A model generated the notes under the pieces. It did no database searches, was not told where the DNA came from, and saw nothing but the letters and a program-made list of their open reading frames with translations. The translations under genes and the position numbers were made by a program. A stretch of DNA of 64,000 nt from Acidimicrobiales bacterium. Lineage in GTDB: Bacteria; Actinomycetota; Acidimicrobiia; Acidimicrobiales; DASWIA01. Below are positions 36,488-45,896 of the stretch, piece by piece (positions within the stretch are counted from its first letter, which is position 1; every line of letters begins with the position of its first letter). The stretch spans positions 20,237-84,236 of the forward strand of contig DASWIA010000047.1 in NCBI GenBank assembly GCA_036397895.1. The letters run 5' to 3'.

Positions 36488-37357
36488 TCATCGGGCGCCG
36501 TGACGCCGCTCGGCGGCGTCGACTGTGTTGCGCAGCAAGAGCGCGACCGTTGTCGGACCGACGCCACCCAACCGTGGGGTGATCCATCCCGCCACGCCGG
36601 CGCAAGCCTCGTCGACGTCGGGGATCAACCGCTTGCCGTCCCACGAGATGCCGGCACTCACGACCGCCGCCCCCGGCTTCACCATGTCGGGCGTGATGAT
36701 CGACGGGCGCCCGGCCGCCGCCACCAGGATGTCGGCCTGGGTGGTGTACGACGTCAGATCGCCGATCCCGGTGTGCACGACGGTGACAGCGGCATTGGCG
36801 TTCGGTGCCTTGCGGCTGAGCAGCAACGCCAGCGGTCGACCGATGGTGAGGCCGCGACCAACGATGACCACGTGGCGTCCCTCGATCGGGACGTCGTTGT
36901 GCGCGAGCAGCGCTTGGATGCCGGCGGGGGTGCACGGCACCGGCCCGTGACCATCGGGGATGACAAGGCGACCGAGGTTGACCGGGTGGAGCCCGTCGGC
37001 ATCCTTGTCGGGATCGACGGCCAGCAGCGCCACGGTCTCGTCACACCCGCTGGGGAGTGGGAGCTGGACGATGAAGGCGTCGACGTCGTCGGCGGCGTTG
37101 AACTCGGCGATGGCGGCCATCACGTCGTCCGGCGTCGCCGTCTCGGGCAGGTGGGTGTGGTGGCTGACGATGCCCACCCGCTGGCATGCCTCATGCTTCT
37201 TGCGCACATAGGACGCCGAGGGGCCATCGTCACCGACCAGGATCGTGCCGAGTCCGGGGCGGGGGCCGTCGCCGGACATCAGTGCCTCGACCCGCCCGAT
37301 GAGCTCGGCCTCGACCGCCTCGGCCAGGGCAACGCCCGACAGCTCGATGGCGGTCAT
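36488..37357 (-). CDS. folD: Bifunctional methylene-THF dehydrogenase / methenyl-THF cyclohydrolase FolD
   Basis: LGTILVGDDGPSASYVRKK, DGLHPVNLGRL, TPAGIQALL and VIVGRGLTIGRPLA are present. Confidence 0.95.
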   Translation of the reverse strand: MTAIELSGVALAEAVEAELIGRVEALMSGDGPRPGLGTILVGDDGPSASYVRKKHEACQRVGIVSHHTHLPETATPDDVMAAIAEFNAADDVDAFIVQLPLPSGCDETVALLAVDPDKDADGLHPVNLGRLVIPDGHGPVPCTPAGIQALLAHNDVPIEGRHVVIVGRGLTIGRPLALLLSRKAPNANAAVTVVHTGIGDLTSYTTQADILVAAAGRPSIITPDMVKPGAAVVSAGISWDGKRLIPDVDEACAGVAGWITPRLGGVGPTTVALLLRNTVDAAERRHGAR

Positions 37358-37434
37358 CGGCGGCTCGCAGCGTTCGGGCAGTTCACGGTGCCGACAGTAC
37401 GCGTAGAGCTACCCGGCAGCCCACCCGATCTGGG

Positions 37435-37533
37435 TCGAGGACTGACCTGTCGTTCGCGGAGCGCCGAGGACTCACCAGTCGGATTCCGACTGGTGAGTCC
37501 TCGGCAACGCGAGATCGACTGCTCAGTCCTCGG
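37435..37533. repeat. REP/MITE-like intergenic element, copy B (GAGGACT[CG]A core) with a perfect 43-nt palindrome
   Basis: A forward core is at 37435-37446. The perfect inverted repeat GCCGAGGACTCACCAGTCGGA-T-TCCGACTGGTGAGTCCTCGGC spans 37463-37505. A further inverted core, CTCAGTCCTCGG, is at 37522-37533. Confidence 0.9.
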
Positions 37534-37618
37534 CCCCGGGGGGCCCTCGGCCCTCGACGCTGGAGGTTGGGTGGATTGGAGTGGAGCTTGGATGCGTGGG
37601 GCGACCTGGATGGGCGGG

Positions 37619-39196
37619 TCAGTGGAGGAAGTGGCGCTCGCCGGTGAAGACCATGGCGACGTTGCGCTCGTTGGCGGCGGCGATCGTGTCGGCGTCGCGG
37701 ACCGAGCCACCGGGCTGGATGATCACCGCTACTCCGGCATCAGCGGCGGCCTCGATGCCGTCGGCGAACGGATAGAACGCGTCGGACGCGCACGCTCCGC
37801 CCACCGCGCGCCCACCGGCCTTCCTGGCCGCGATCTCACCGGCCTCCACCCGGTTCTGCTGACCGGCACCGATGCCCCAGGCGGCGCCGTCTTTAGCCAG
37901 CACGATGCTGTTCGACTTCACGTGGCCACACACCCGCCAGGCGAAGGCGGCATCGTTGAGCTCGGCGTCGGTTGGCTGCCGCTCGGTCACGACCTCCCAG
38001 GAGGCTGGGGTGGCGGCGAAGCGATGGGCGTCCTGCACCAACCATCCGCCGGGGATCTGGCGCAGGTCGAGGACGGGCGTGGTAGGCGGGGGGGCGGTGA
38101 GCAACCGGGTGTTCTTCCGCTTCTGCTGGAGCCGCTCGATGGCGTCCCCCTCGTATCCCGGCGCGATCACCACATCGGCCTGGGCGGCATCGACCATGGC
38201 CTCGACCGTGGCCGCGTCGACGGGGCGGTTGAGGGCCACGATGCCGCCGAAGGCCGAGCGCTCGTCGCACTCGAACGCCCGCTGATAGGCGGTCGCCAGG
38301 GAGGACGACACCGCAGCCCCACACGGGTTGGCGTGCTTGATGATGGCGACGGCGGGCTCATCGGACAGCGAGCCCAGGTCGTGAGCCAGCACCCACCCGG
38401 CGGCGGCGTCGTAGAGGTTCAGATACGAGAGGGTCAAGCCACCGTGCTGCATCACGTCGTCCCAGAAGCTGCCCTGGCCGCTCACCCGGTAGCGCGCTCC
38501 GGCTTGATGGGGGTTCTCGCCGTAGCGCAGCACCTCGGCCCGTTCCAGCGCGAGGTGGAGGGTGGGCGGCAACGAGGCCGGAACCTCGTCGCCCTCGCCG
38601 GCCGCGCCCTGGTCGTCGAACCACGACACGATCGCCGCGTCGTACGCCGCCGTGTGGGCAAACCCATCGCGGGCGAGGCGTCGACGGGTTGACGCCGAGA
38701 GCGAACCTGCCGAGCGCAGCTCGTCGAGGACGGCGCCGTAGCGAGCGGGCGACACCACCACCCCGACGGTGGCGTGGTTCTTCGCCGCGGCACGCACCAT
38801 GGCAGGGCCACCGATGTCGATCAGCTCCACGCCGGGCTCCAGCACCCGCCCACCGGCATCGCCGACGGCGACGGCGGGATCGGCCCCGAAGGGGTAGAGG
38901 TTGGCCACCACGAGGTCGAACGGTTCGATGCCGTGTCGGGCCATATCGGCGCGGTGGTGGGGATCGGTCGGGTCAGCGAGGATGCCCCCGTGGATCTTCG
39001 GATGGAGGGTGACGACCCGGTGCCCGAGGATGGCGGGGAACCCGGTGACTTCGGCCGTCTCGGCGACCTCGATTCCGGCGTCACGGATGACCGCCGCCGT
39101 CCCTCCACTCGAGACGAGGTCCCAACCCAGGTCGGCCAGGCCTTTGGCCAGATCGACCACGCCGGTCTTGTCGTAGACGGACAGCAGAGCCCTCAT
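37619..39196 (-). CDS. purH: Bifunctional AICAR transformylase / IMP cyclohydrolase PurH
   Basis: Begins [17 protein letters not shown] (MGS-like domain). The C-terminus has [17 protein letters not shown] and IQPGGSVRD. Confidence 0.96.
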   Translation of the reverse strand: MRALLSVYDKTGVVDLAKGLADLGWDLVSSGGTAAVIRDAGIEVAETAEVTGFPAILGHRVVTLHPKIHGGILADPTDPHHRADMARHGIEPFDLVVANLYPFGADPAVAVGDAGGRVLEPGVELIDIGGPAMVRAAAKNHATVGVVVSPARYGAVLDELRSAGSLSASTRRRLARDGFAHTAAYDAAIVSWFDDQGAAGEGDEVPASLPPTLHLALERAEVLRYGENPHQAGARYRVSGQGSFWDDVMQHGGLTLSYLNLYDAAAGWVLAHDLGSLSDEPAVAIIKHANPCGAAVSSSLATAYQRAFECDERSAFGGIVALNRPVDAATVEAMVDAAQADVVIAPGYEGDAIERLQQKRKNTRLLTAPPPTTPVLDLRQIPGGWLVQDAHRFAATPASWEVVTERQPTDAELNDAAFAWRVCGHVKSNSIVLAKDGAAWGIGAGQQNRVEAGEIAARKAGGRAVGGACASDAFYPFADGIEAAADAGVAVIIQPGGSVRDADTIAAANERNVAMVFTGERHFLH

Positions 39197-39774
39197 GTGG
39201 TGGTGGTCCCTTCGAGGATGGTGGGGTCGGCCAGCACGGCCTTGATGGTGTCGGGGTACAGCCGGCGCTCAACGGCCTTGATGCGCTCGTGGAGAGCCGA
39301 CTCGTCGTCGTCTGGAAGGACGGGGACGGCCTCTTGGGCCAGGATCGGCCCGGCATCGACCTCGAGAGTGGCCACGTGCACGGTGCAGCCCGTGACCCTC
39401 ACGCCGGCGGTGATCGCGTCACGAACGGCCTGCCATCCAGGAAACGACGGAAGGAGCGCGGGGTGGGTGTTGAGGATGCGATGCGGATAGGCATCGAAGA
39501 TCGGCTCGGCGAACACCGTTCCCCACCCCGCCATGGCCACGAGATCGATCTCGTGGCCGGCCAACACCGCCATCACGTCCTTGGTGAAGGCGGCCCTATC
39601 GAACCCAGGCGTGAAGTCGGTGCGCTCGACGTGCTCGGTGCTCACACCGGCGGCCTCCGCCACCTCGGTGGCGCGACATGACCGATCGACCACGACCAGC
39701 GCCACGTCGATGCCCGCCTCCAGCATCGCCTCGAGCAGCGTTCCGGTCCCACTGGCCAACACGGCGATGCGCAC
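39193..39774 (-). CDS. purN: Phosphoribosylglycinamide formyltransferase PurN
   Basis: GTG at 39774 (VRIAVLASGTGTLLEAML). ILNTHPALLPSFPG is present. The stop overlaps the purH start (ATGA). The upstream part of the track ORF looks non-coding. Confidence 0.88.
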   Translation of the reverse strand: MRIAVLASGTGTLLEAMLEAGIDVALVVVDRSCRATEVAEAAGVSTEHVERTDFTPGFDRAAFTKDVMAVLAGHEIDLVAMAGWGTVFAEPIFDAYPHRILNTHPALLPSFPGWQAVRDAITAGVRVTGCTVHVATLEVDAGPILAQEAVPVLPDDDESALHERIKAVERRLYPDTIKAVLADPTILEGTTTT

Positions 39775-39849
39775 GCGGCTGAACCTACCCAACCCCGTGC
39801 TCCCATCCCCACCCCCAACCCCACCCGCTACCCGATCCTCAAAAGTCCG

Positions 39850-39855
39850 TACAAT
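39850..39855 (+). promoter_or_regulatory. Candidate -10 hexamer TACAAT, 7 nt upstream of the GntR gene start (a leaderless mRNA is possible)
   Basis: TACAAT at 39850-39855 and GTG at 39863, with no Shine-Dalgarno sequence between them. Confidence 0.4.
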
Positions 39856-39862
39856 CAGATGA

Positions 39863-40639
39863 GTGACAGCAATCGACCGGTCCCATCCCCTTCCGCTGTG
39901 GGCGCAGGTGCTCGACGACCTCCGACGTCGACTCGACGGCGGCGAGTTCGGCGAGCGGTTCCCCACCGATGCTGAGCTGTCGTCGACCTACGGCGTCTCT
40001 CGCCACACCGTGCGCGAGGCGGTGCGGCGCCTGACCGACGCCGGGCTCATCCAGCGTGAACGCGGACGGGGCACGTTCGTGACCGCTCCGGTGATCGAAC
40101 AGGCATGGGGATCGCTGTACAGCCTGTTCCGGTCGGTGGAAGCGCAGGGCTTCGAACAACGAAGCCGGGTGCTGGCGCTCGACGAGACGATCGACCCGTC
40201 GGTGGCGACCCGCCTCGAGCTGCCCGGCGACGCGCCGCTCGTCCGCCTGGAACGAATCCGATTCGCCGGTGACGATCCACTGGCCCACGACGTCGCCTGG
40301 CTCCCGGCCCAGCGCGCCCGCCCCCTCCTGGGCGTCGACTTCACCCACACCGCCCTGTACGACGAGCTGGCTCGGATATGCGCCGTGGTCCTGACGTCGG
40401 GCACCGAATGGATCCGGCCGGCCGTCGCCACCCGTGACCAACGCGACCTCCTGGGGATGCGCGGCGGGCAGGGCGTGTTCTCGATCGAGCGGCTCACGCG
40501 GACCGACGATCGGCCCGTGGAGTGGCGCCACACCGTCGTGCGCGGCGACCGCTACGCCTTCGTGTCACGCTGGTCACGATCGCAACCGTTCGAATCGACG
40601 ATGGAGCCAGATCACCCAGCCGAGGAGGTCGCAACGTGA
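39863..40639 (+). CDS. GntR family transcriptional regulator (HutC/UTRA subfamily)
   Basis: The winged helix-turn-helix is FPTDAELSSTYGVSRHTVREAVRRLTDAGLIQRERGRGTFV. A UTRA-like C-terminal half follows. Confidence 0.88.
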   Translation: MTAIDRSHPLPLWAQVLDDLRRRLDGGEFGERFPTDAELSSTYGVSRHTVREAVRRLTDAGLIQRERGRGTFVTAPVIEQAWGSLYSLFRSVEAQGFEQRSRVLALDETIDPSVATRLELPGDAPLVRLERIRFAGDDPLAHDVAWLPAQRARPLLGVDFTHTALYDELARICAVVLTSGTEWIRPAVATRDQRDLLGMRGGQGVFSIERLTRTDDRPVEWRHTVVRGDRYAFVSRWSRSQPFESTMEPDHPAEEVAT

Positions 40640-41997
40640 TCTTCGAACAGTACTACCTCGACTGCTTGTCGCAGGCCTCCTACCTAGTGGGTGACGACAC
40701 GACCGGACAAGCAGTCGTGGTCGATCCGAGGCGCGATGTCGATGAGTACATCGACGACGCCAAGGGGCACGGACTCACCATCGTCGCCGTGGCCGAGACC
40801 CACTTCCACGCCGACTTCGTGTCGGGCCACCTCGAGCTCGCCGACCGCACCGGTGCCGAGATCATCTACGGCGAGGCGGCCGATCCCGACTTCGCTCACC
40901 GCAAGGTGGCTGACGGTGAACAGCTGGCGCTCGGTGAGGTGGTGTTGGAGTTCAGGGCGACTCCGGGCCACACGCCCGAGAGCATCTCGATCGTGATCTG
41001 GGAGCACGCCGACGACTCGGCCCCGTTCGGAGTGCTCACCGGGGACACGCTCTTCATCGGCGACGTAGGGCGTCCCGACCTTCTGGCCTCGAGCGGTGTC
41101 ACCGCCGACGAGCTGGGCCGGATGCTCCACGAAAGCCTTCGCACCAAGCTCCTGACGTTGCCCGACACCACCCGCGTCTTCCCGGCCCATGGAGCGGGGT
41201 CGGCGTGCGGCAAGCAGCTGAGCACCGAGACGTCGTCCACCATCGGCGAACAGCGATCCACCAACTACGCGCTCAGACCGATGACCACTGAGGAGTTCAT
41301 CTCCGTCGTCACCGAAGGCCAGAGCCGAGCGCCCGACTACTTCTCCTTCGATGCCGACCGAAACCGGCACACCCATCCCCTGCTCGACCAGCACGCGCCT
41401 GATCGGCTGGCGGTCGACGATGTCGTGGACCGCCAGCAGGGCGGCGCCGTCGTCATCGACACCCGCGACGCGGCCTCGTTCGCCCGTGGCCACCTGCGAG
41501 GTTCCATCAACGTGGGTCTCGAGGGTCGGTTCGCGGAGTACGTCGGGTCCGTGGTCGATCCTGACGACGACATCGTCATCGTCGGGGAGGAGGGCATGGA
41601 GGCCGAGGCCCGCGTCCGGCTGGGCCGAATCGGCTTCGACCGGGTGAGCGGTCATCTACCCGACGTCGCTCGGGTCCTGGCCCAGCGACCCGAGCTGGCA
41701 GCTACCGCATCCCGACTCACCGCGGCCGTGCTCCGCGCACGGATGGCCGAACACGATGTAGACGTAGTCGACATTCGTGAAGCCGGCGAGCGGACCGAGG
41801 GCGCCATCCCTGGGGCGATCCACATCCCGTTGCGCGAGCTGCGTCACCGGCTCGACGAGATCCGCACAGAGAGGCCCGTCGTCATTCACTGCGCCGGGGG
41901 TTACCGATCGTCCATCGGTGCCAGCCTGCTGCGTCGGCGCGGGTGGACGGACGTGAGCGACCTCCTTGGGGGCTACGGCGCCTGGGCGTCGTCGTAG
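40636..41997 (+). CDS. MBL-fold metallo-hydrolase fused to rhodanese domains (persulfide dioxygenase/sulfurtransferase-like)
   Basis: GTG at 40636 overlaps the GntR stop (GTGA) and is preceded by GAGGAGG. The metal motif is ETHFHADFVSGH. The C-terminal rhodanese has the active-site loop HCAGGYRSS. Confidence 0.8.
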   Translation: MIFEQYYLDCLSQASYLVGDDTTGQAVVVDPRRDVDEYIDDAKGHGLTIVAVAETHFHADFVSGHLELADRTGAEIIYGEAADPDFAHRKVADGEQLALGEVVLEFRATPGHTPESISIVIWEHADDSAPFGVLTGDTLFIGDVGRPDLLASSGVTADELGRMLHESLRTKLLTLPDTTRVFPAHGAGSACGKQLSTETSSTIGEQRSTNYALRPMTTEEFISVVTEGQSRAPDYFSFDADRNRHTHPLLDQHAPDRLAVDDVVDRQQGGAVVIDTRDAASFARGHLRGSINVGLEGRFAEYVGSVVDPDDDIVIVGEEGMEAEARVRLGRIGFDRVSGHLPDVARVLAQRPELAATASRLTAAVLRARMAEHDVDVVDIREAGERTEGAIPGAIHIPLRELRHRLDEIRTERPVVIHCAGGYRSSIGASLLRRRGWTDVSDLLGGYGAWASS

Positions 41998-42082
41998 GTG
42001 GCCGACGCCGACCGTCCGCCATCGCTCCCCCACTGTCCATCTACGCTCTGATCGACGTCTGACCCGTGATTGGAGAGGCGAC

Positions 42083-42532
42083 ATGAACGAGCCGCCCAGC
42101 CCGTCCCCTTCCCCATCTCCATCAGGAGAAACGGGCGATCCCGACTTCTCGACGCCCCAGATCGTGATCCTGGCCTCGGCGGTACTCCTCGTCTTCTGTT
42201 CGTTCCTCCCGTGGTGGGAGTTCGGTTCCGGTGACCGCTCCGTCAGCCAGAACGCCTGGGAGAGCTTCCCGCTGTTCGTGTGGCCGATGATCTTCGGGCT
42301 GATCGCCGGGCTCTATGTGCTGTCCATCACCGTGGCCAAAGGGCTGAACCTTCCCGACCTGCCCTTCGGCTTCACGTGGGTCCAAGGACTGGTGGTGTGT
42401 GGGCTCATCGCCGTCCTGGAGACGTTGGCCTTCGTCATCGGCGCCGACCAACAGGCCATCGGCGCCTACCTTTCGTTCCTCGCCGCCATCGGCCTCCTGG
42501 TCGGTGCGGTGATGATGGTCAACGAGGCCTGA
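42083..42532 (+). CDS. Hypothetical integral membrane protein (about 4 TM) with an N-terminal (SP)n tract
   Basis: ATG at 42083 is preceded by GGAGAGG. The sequence has MNEPPSPSPSPSPSGE followed by four hydrophobic segments. Confidence 0.6.
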   Translation: MNEPPSPSPSPSPSGETGDPDFSTPQIVILASAVLLVFCSFLPWWEFGSGDRSVSQNAWESFPLFVWPMIFGLIAGLYVLSITVAKGLNLPDLPFGFTWVQGLVVCGLIAVLETLAFVIGADQQAIGAYLSFLAAIGLLVGAVMMVNEA

Positions 42533-42582
42533 CGCTTCGAGGGACACCGGCGGAGTCCTCCCGTCGACCTACAGTCGCCACC

Positions 42583-43092
42583 GTGACGACGTCGGGTGCT
42601 GTGGCGCGGGACTGGGTCGAGGTGATCGTCGAGGTCCCCCGCGGGTCGCGCAACAAGTACGAGATCGACCACGACTCCGGTGAGGTGTGGCTCGATCGGC
42701 TGCTCTTCACGGCCACCCGCTACCCCGCGGACTACGGCTTCGTGCCGCACACACTGGCCGAGGATGGCGACCCCCTCGACGCCATGGTCCTCGGGGACGA
42801 GCCGACGTTTCCCGGCTGTCACATTCGGGCTCGGCCGGTGGCCGTGTTCCTCATGGCCGACGAGGCGGGTCCCGACGCCAAGCTGTTGTGTGTTCCATCC
42901 GACGACCCGCGGTGGGACCACCTCCAGGACCTCGACGACATCTCGGCCCACCTGCGGGCTGAGATCCACCACTTCTTCGAGGTGTACAAGGCTCTGGAGC
43001 CGAACAAGGACACCGAGGTCGGCGAGTGGGCCGACGCCACCCGCGCCGCTGCGATCATCGATGCCGGCCGCGACGCCTACCGACCGGACTGA
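42583..43092 (+). CDS. ppa: Inorganic pyrophosphatase
   Basis: VEVPRGSRNKYEID, YPADYGFVP and EDGDPLDAMVL are present. The GTG start at 42583 is provisional. Confidence 0.92.
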   Translation: MTTSGAVARDWVEVIVEVPRGSRNKYEIDHDSGEVWLDRLLFTATRYPADYGFVPHTLAEDGDPLDAMVLGDEPTFPGCHIRARPVAVFLMADEAGPDAKLLCVPSDDPRWDHLQDLDDISAHLRAEIHHFFEVYKALEPNKDTEVGEWADATRAAAIIDAGRDAYRPD

Positions 43093-43098
43093 GCAACC

Positions 43099-44664
43099 GT
43101 GATAGGTGCCAGCGCACGACGCCCGTGGTGGAACGACGCGGTCGTCTACCAGATCTACCCGCGGTCGTTCTGCGACACGACGGGCAACGGGGTGGGCGAC
43201 CTCGAAGGCATCCGTCGCCGCCTCGACCACATCGTCGACCTGGGCGTCGACGCGCTGTGGCTGTCACCGATGTTCCGGTCACCGATGGCCGACCACGGCT
43301 ACGACGTAGCCGACTACTGCGATGTCGACCCGCTCTTCGGCTCGCTCGAGGACATCGATCGGTTGGTGGCCGAGGCCCACGACCGTGGGCTGAAGGTGCT
43401 GCTGGACTGGGTGCCCAACCACACCAGCGACCAGCATCCATGGTTCTTGGCATCTCGCTCGTCGGTGGGCGACTCGAAACGCAACTGGTACGTGTGGAGG
43501 GATGGCCGGGGGGTCGATGGCTCCGAGCCGCCCAACGATTGGACGGCGACCTTCCCGCCCGGCCCGGCATGGTCCCGCGACGACGCCAGCGGCCAGTGGT
43601 ACCTCCACCTGTTCACCCCCGAGCAACCCGATCTCGACTGGCGCAACCCCGACGTCGTCGAGGCCATGCACGACACCCTGCGCTTCTGGCTCGACCGAGC
43701 CGTCGACGGGTTCCGGATGGACGTCATTCACATGATCGGCAAGGACCCCGACGGCCCCGGTCGCGAACCTCGCTCGGGCGAGCTCGAAGGCGTGGGCGAC
43801 GAACCCCTCACCCACGAGCTGCTGCGCGGCATCCGAACCGTCCTCGACGGCTACGGCGGCGACCGAGTGGCCATCGGTGAGGTGTTCATCCTGAACCCCG
43901 AGACCGTTGCCCGGTTCTACGGCCACGACGACGAGCTCCACCTGGCCTTCTACTTCACCCCGCAGTTCACGCCGTTTCGCGCTCCCGACTGGCGCGCGCA
44001 GATCTCCGAAGTGGCGCACCATTTCGATCCACGAGGTGCGTGGCCGGTGTGGGTGCTCAACAACCACGACATCCCGCGCTTCCCGACGCGTACCGGTGGT
44101 GGAGATGCTCGAGCCAAGGCCGCCGCCCTGCTGCTGCTGACCCTGCGCGGCACCCCCTTCCTGTATGCCGGCGAGGAGCTGGGCCTCGAGGACGCCGACG
44201 TGCCCGAGCACTGGCGCCAGGACCCCGCTGGATTTCGCGACGGGTGCCGGGCTCCGATCCCGTGGGATGCCTCCGAAGCTCACGGCTGGGCGACGGCCGA
44301 AACCTGGCTGCCGTGGCCACCCGATGCCACCACCCGCTCGTCGGCGTCCCAGGCCGGCGATCCGAGCTCGATCCTCAACCTCTACCGGTCCCTCATCGCG
44401 GCGCGAAAGGTGTCGCCGGCGCTTCGCGAGGGCGACCTCGATCTGCTCGATGTCGACGACGAACGGGTCCTCTCCTACCGCCGCCACGTCCAGGGTGACG
44501 AGCGGGTGATCATGATCAACATGAGCGAGGACGACCTCACCGTCTCGCTCGCCGGCCGCTGGAGCATCGAGATCGGGACCAACGGTCCGGCCCCCAACAC
44601 CCCGTTCACCGGAGCCCTCGCTCCCGATGAGGCCGTGCTCTTGACCTCAAACTCAATGCGGTAA
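43099..44664 (+). CDS. GH13 alpha-glucosidase / oligo-1,6-glucosidase-like
   Basis: WWNDAVVYQIYPRSF, DLGVDALWLSPMF, GFRMDVIHM, IGEVF and VLNNHDIPR correspond to GH13 conserved regions I-IV. Confidence 0.9.
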   Translation: MIGASARRPWWNDAVVYQIYPRSFCDTTGNGVGDLEGIRRRLDHIVDLGVDALWLSPMFRSPMADHGYDVADYCDVDPLFGSLEDIDRLVAEAHDRGLKVLLDWVPNHTSDQHPWFLASRSSVGDSKRNWYVWRDGRGVDGSEPPNDWTATFPPGPAWSRDDASGQWYLHLFTPEQPDLDWRNPDVVEAMHDTLRFWLDRAVDGFRMDVIHMIGKDPDGPGREPRSGELEGVGDEPLTHELLRGIRTVLDGYGGDRVAIGEVFILNPETVARFYGHDDELHLAFYFTPQFTPFRAPDWRAQISEVAHHFDPRGAWPVWVLNNHDIPRFPTRTGGGDARAKAAALLLLTLRGTPFLYAGEELGLEDADVPEHWRQDPAGFRDGCRAPIPWDASEAHGWATAETWLPWPPDATTRSSASQAGDPSSILNLYRSLIAARKVSPALREGDLDLLDVDDERVLSYRRHVQGDERVIMINMSEDDLTVSLAGRWSIEIGTNGPAPNTPFTGALAPDEAVLLTSNSMR

Positions 44665-44815
44665 TTCCGCATTGCCCTATTAGGACCTGCACGGATTGGC
44701 GGGGGGTCCGGGGGGCAGAGCCTCCTGGCGGAGCCCCCCGGCTGTCGATCGGTCTGGCTCTGCCAGCCGATCGGCTGGCAGGCAGCGTCGACCGAAGGTC
44801 GACTCGTGCAGAAGC

Positions 44816-44844
44816 CGAGCGGAAAGGGTTTCCCTTTCCGCTCG
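44816..44844 (-). terminator. 13-bp-stem hairpin immediately downstream of the amidase stop
   Basis: CGAGCGGAAAGGG-TTT-CCCTTTCCGCTCG spans 44816-44844. The amidase TAA is at 44850-44852. Confidence 0.6.
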
Positions 44845-44849
44845 AGTCC

Positions 44850-45881
44850 TTACTGCAGGGGTGGATCAACGCAACCCGCTTGACCGCCACCCGGTCCGGC
44901 GGGCTGGGTGCGGGGATAGGGCTCGGTGTAGCCACCTCCGGGTTCGTCGGTGGTGAGCCAGGTGACGATGGCGTCAGCCACTGCGCCACCCAAGCGCTGG
45001 TGGACGTCGGGCCGGGCCACCAGCGCCTCCTCCGCCGGATTCGACAGGTACGCGAGCTCCGCCAACACGGAGGGGACACCGGCGGTGTGGCGGAGCACGC
45101 CGTAGTAGTCGCCGCCCCGGCTGTTCGAGCGGTACTTGGCGCCCGCGTCGGTGTCGGCCACCCAGGCCACGTCGAACGGGGCCAGCGCGGCCGTGACCTC
45201 CTCCCAGAGGATGCCGGCCAACCGGCGCGACTCCACCGACGCGATCTGGAAGAACGTCTCGGTCCCCGGCCGCGACGAAGGACCGTCGGGATCTGCGTTG
45301 TGATGGATCGATACGAAGGCCCGGGCATCGACGGTCGTGGCGATCTGCGCTCGCGTCTCCAGAGTCATGCGCAGGTCGCGATCTCGGGTGAGGACCACGG
45401 TGAGGCCACGGGCCCGCAGCGACGCGGCGGCGGCCTGGGCCACGGCCAGGTTCAGATCCTTCTCGAGCACGCCGGCAGCACCGACGGCGCCGGTCTCGTC
45501 GCCACCGTGACCGGGGTCGAGCACCACGTGGGCGCCGTTCAGCGGATCGCCGCCGGTGACGGTCGCCGTCGCACCACACGGGGTGCGGACCGACCAGGCC
45601 CCCGGGCCGCCACCGACGATCGGGGCCACGAACCCGTCCAAGGTGAGCGCTCGCACCGGTCCGACCGGGATCGGGGCCACGGCACCAGCGGCGACGAGGT
45701 CGGTACCTGCCGAGGTGGTCGACCTCAGGGGCGATGTCGTGGACGTCACGGTCGGGTTGGACCCGACCCGACCGTGGTTCGCGTCAAGAGGCGACGGCGC
45801 GTCGACGACGACGGCCGCCGCCACCCCCGCCAACAGCAGCACCCCGATGGCGACGGCGAGGCGAGGTACGGACCGGTGCAC
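44850..45881 (-). CDS. N-acetylmuramoyl-L-alanine amidase (Amidase_3)
   Basis: An N-terminal TM/signal segment is present. LDPGHGGDETGA, EKDLNLAVA and FVSIHHNA are typical of the family. Confidence 0.85.
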   Translation of the reverse strand: MHRSVPRLAVAIGVLLLAGVAAAVVVDAPSPLDANHGRVGSNPTVTSTTSPLRSTTSAGTDLVAAGAVAPIPVGPVRALTLDGFVAPIVGGGPGAWSVRTPCGATATVTGGDPLNGAHVVLDPGHGGDETGAVGAAGVLEKDLNLAVAQAAAASLRARGLTVVLTRDRDLRMTLETRAQIATTVDARAFVSIHHNADPDGPSSRPGTETFFQIASVESRRLAGILWEEVTAALAPFDVAWVADTDAGAKYRSNSRGGDYYGVLRHTAGVPSVLAELAYLSNPAEEALVARPDVHQRLGGAVADAIVTWLTTDEPGGGYTEPYPRTQPAGPGGGQAGCVDPPLQ

Positions 45882-45896
45882 GACGCTGCGTGGACG

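Noticed and set aside
44700-44745. Runs of six C on the minus strand (GCCCCCCGGACCCCCC) that are reminiscent of the actinobacterial 6C RNA.
   Set aside because: One C-run is predicted to pair with the facing G-run in a stem rather than sit in a hairpin loop. I also cannot reproduce the two-hairpin, C-rich-loop architecture by eye. A covariance-model scan would be needed, so no call is made.
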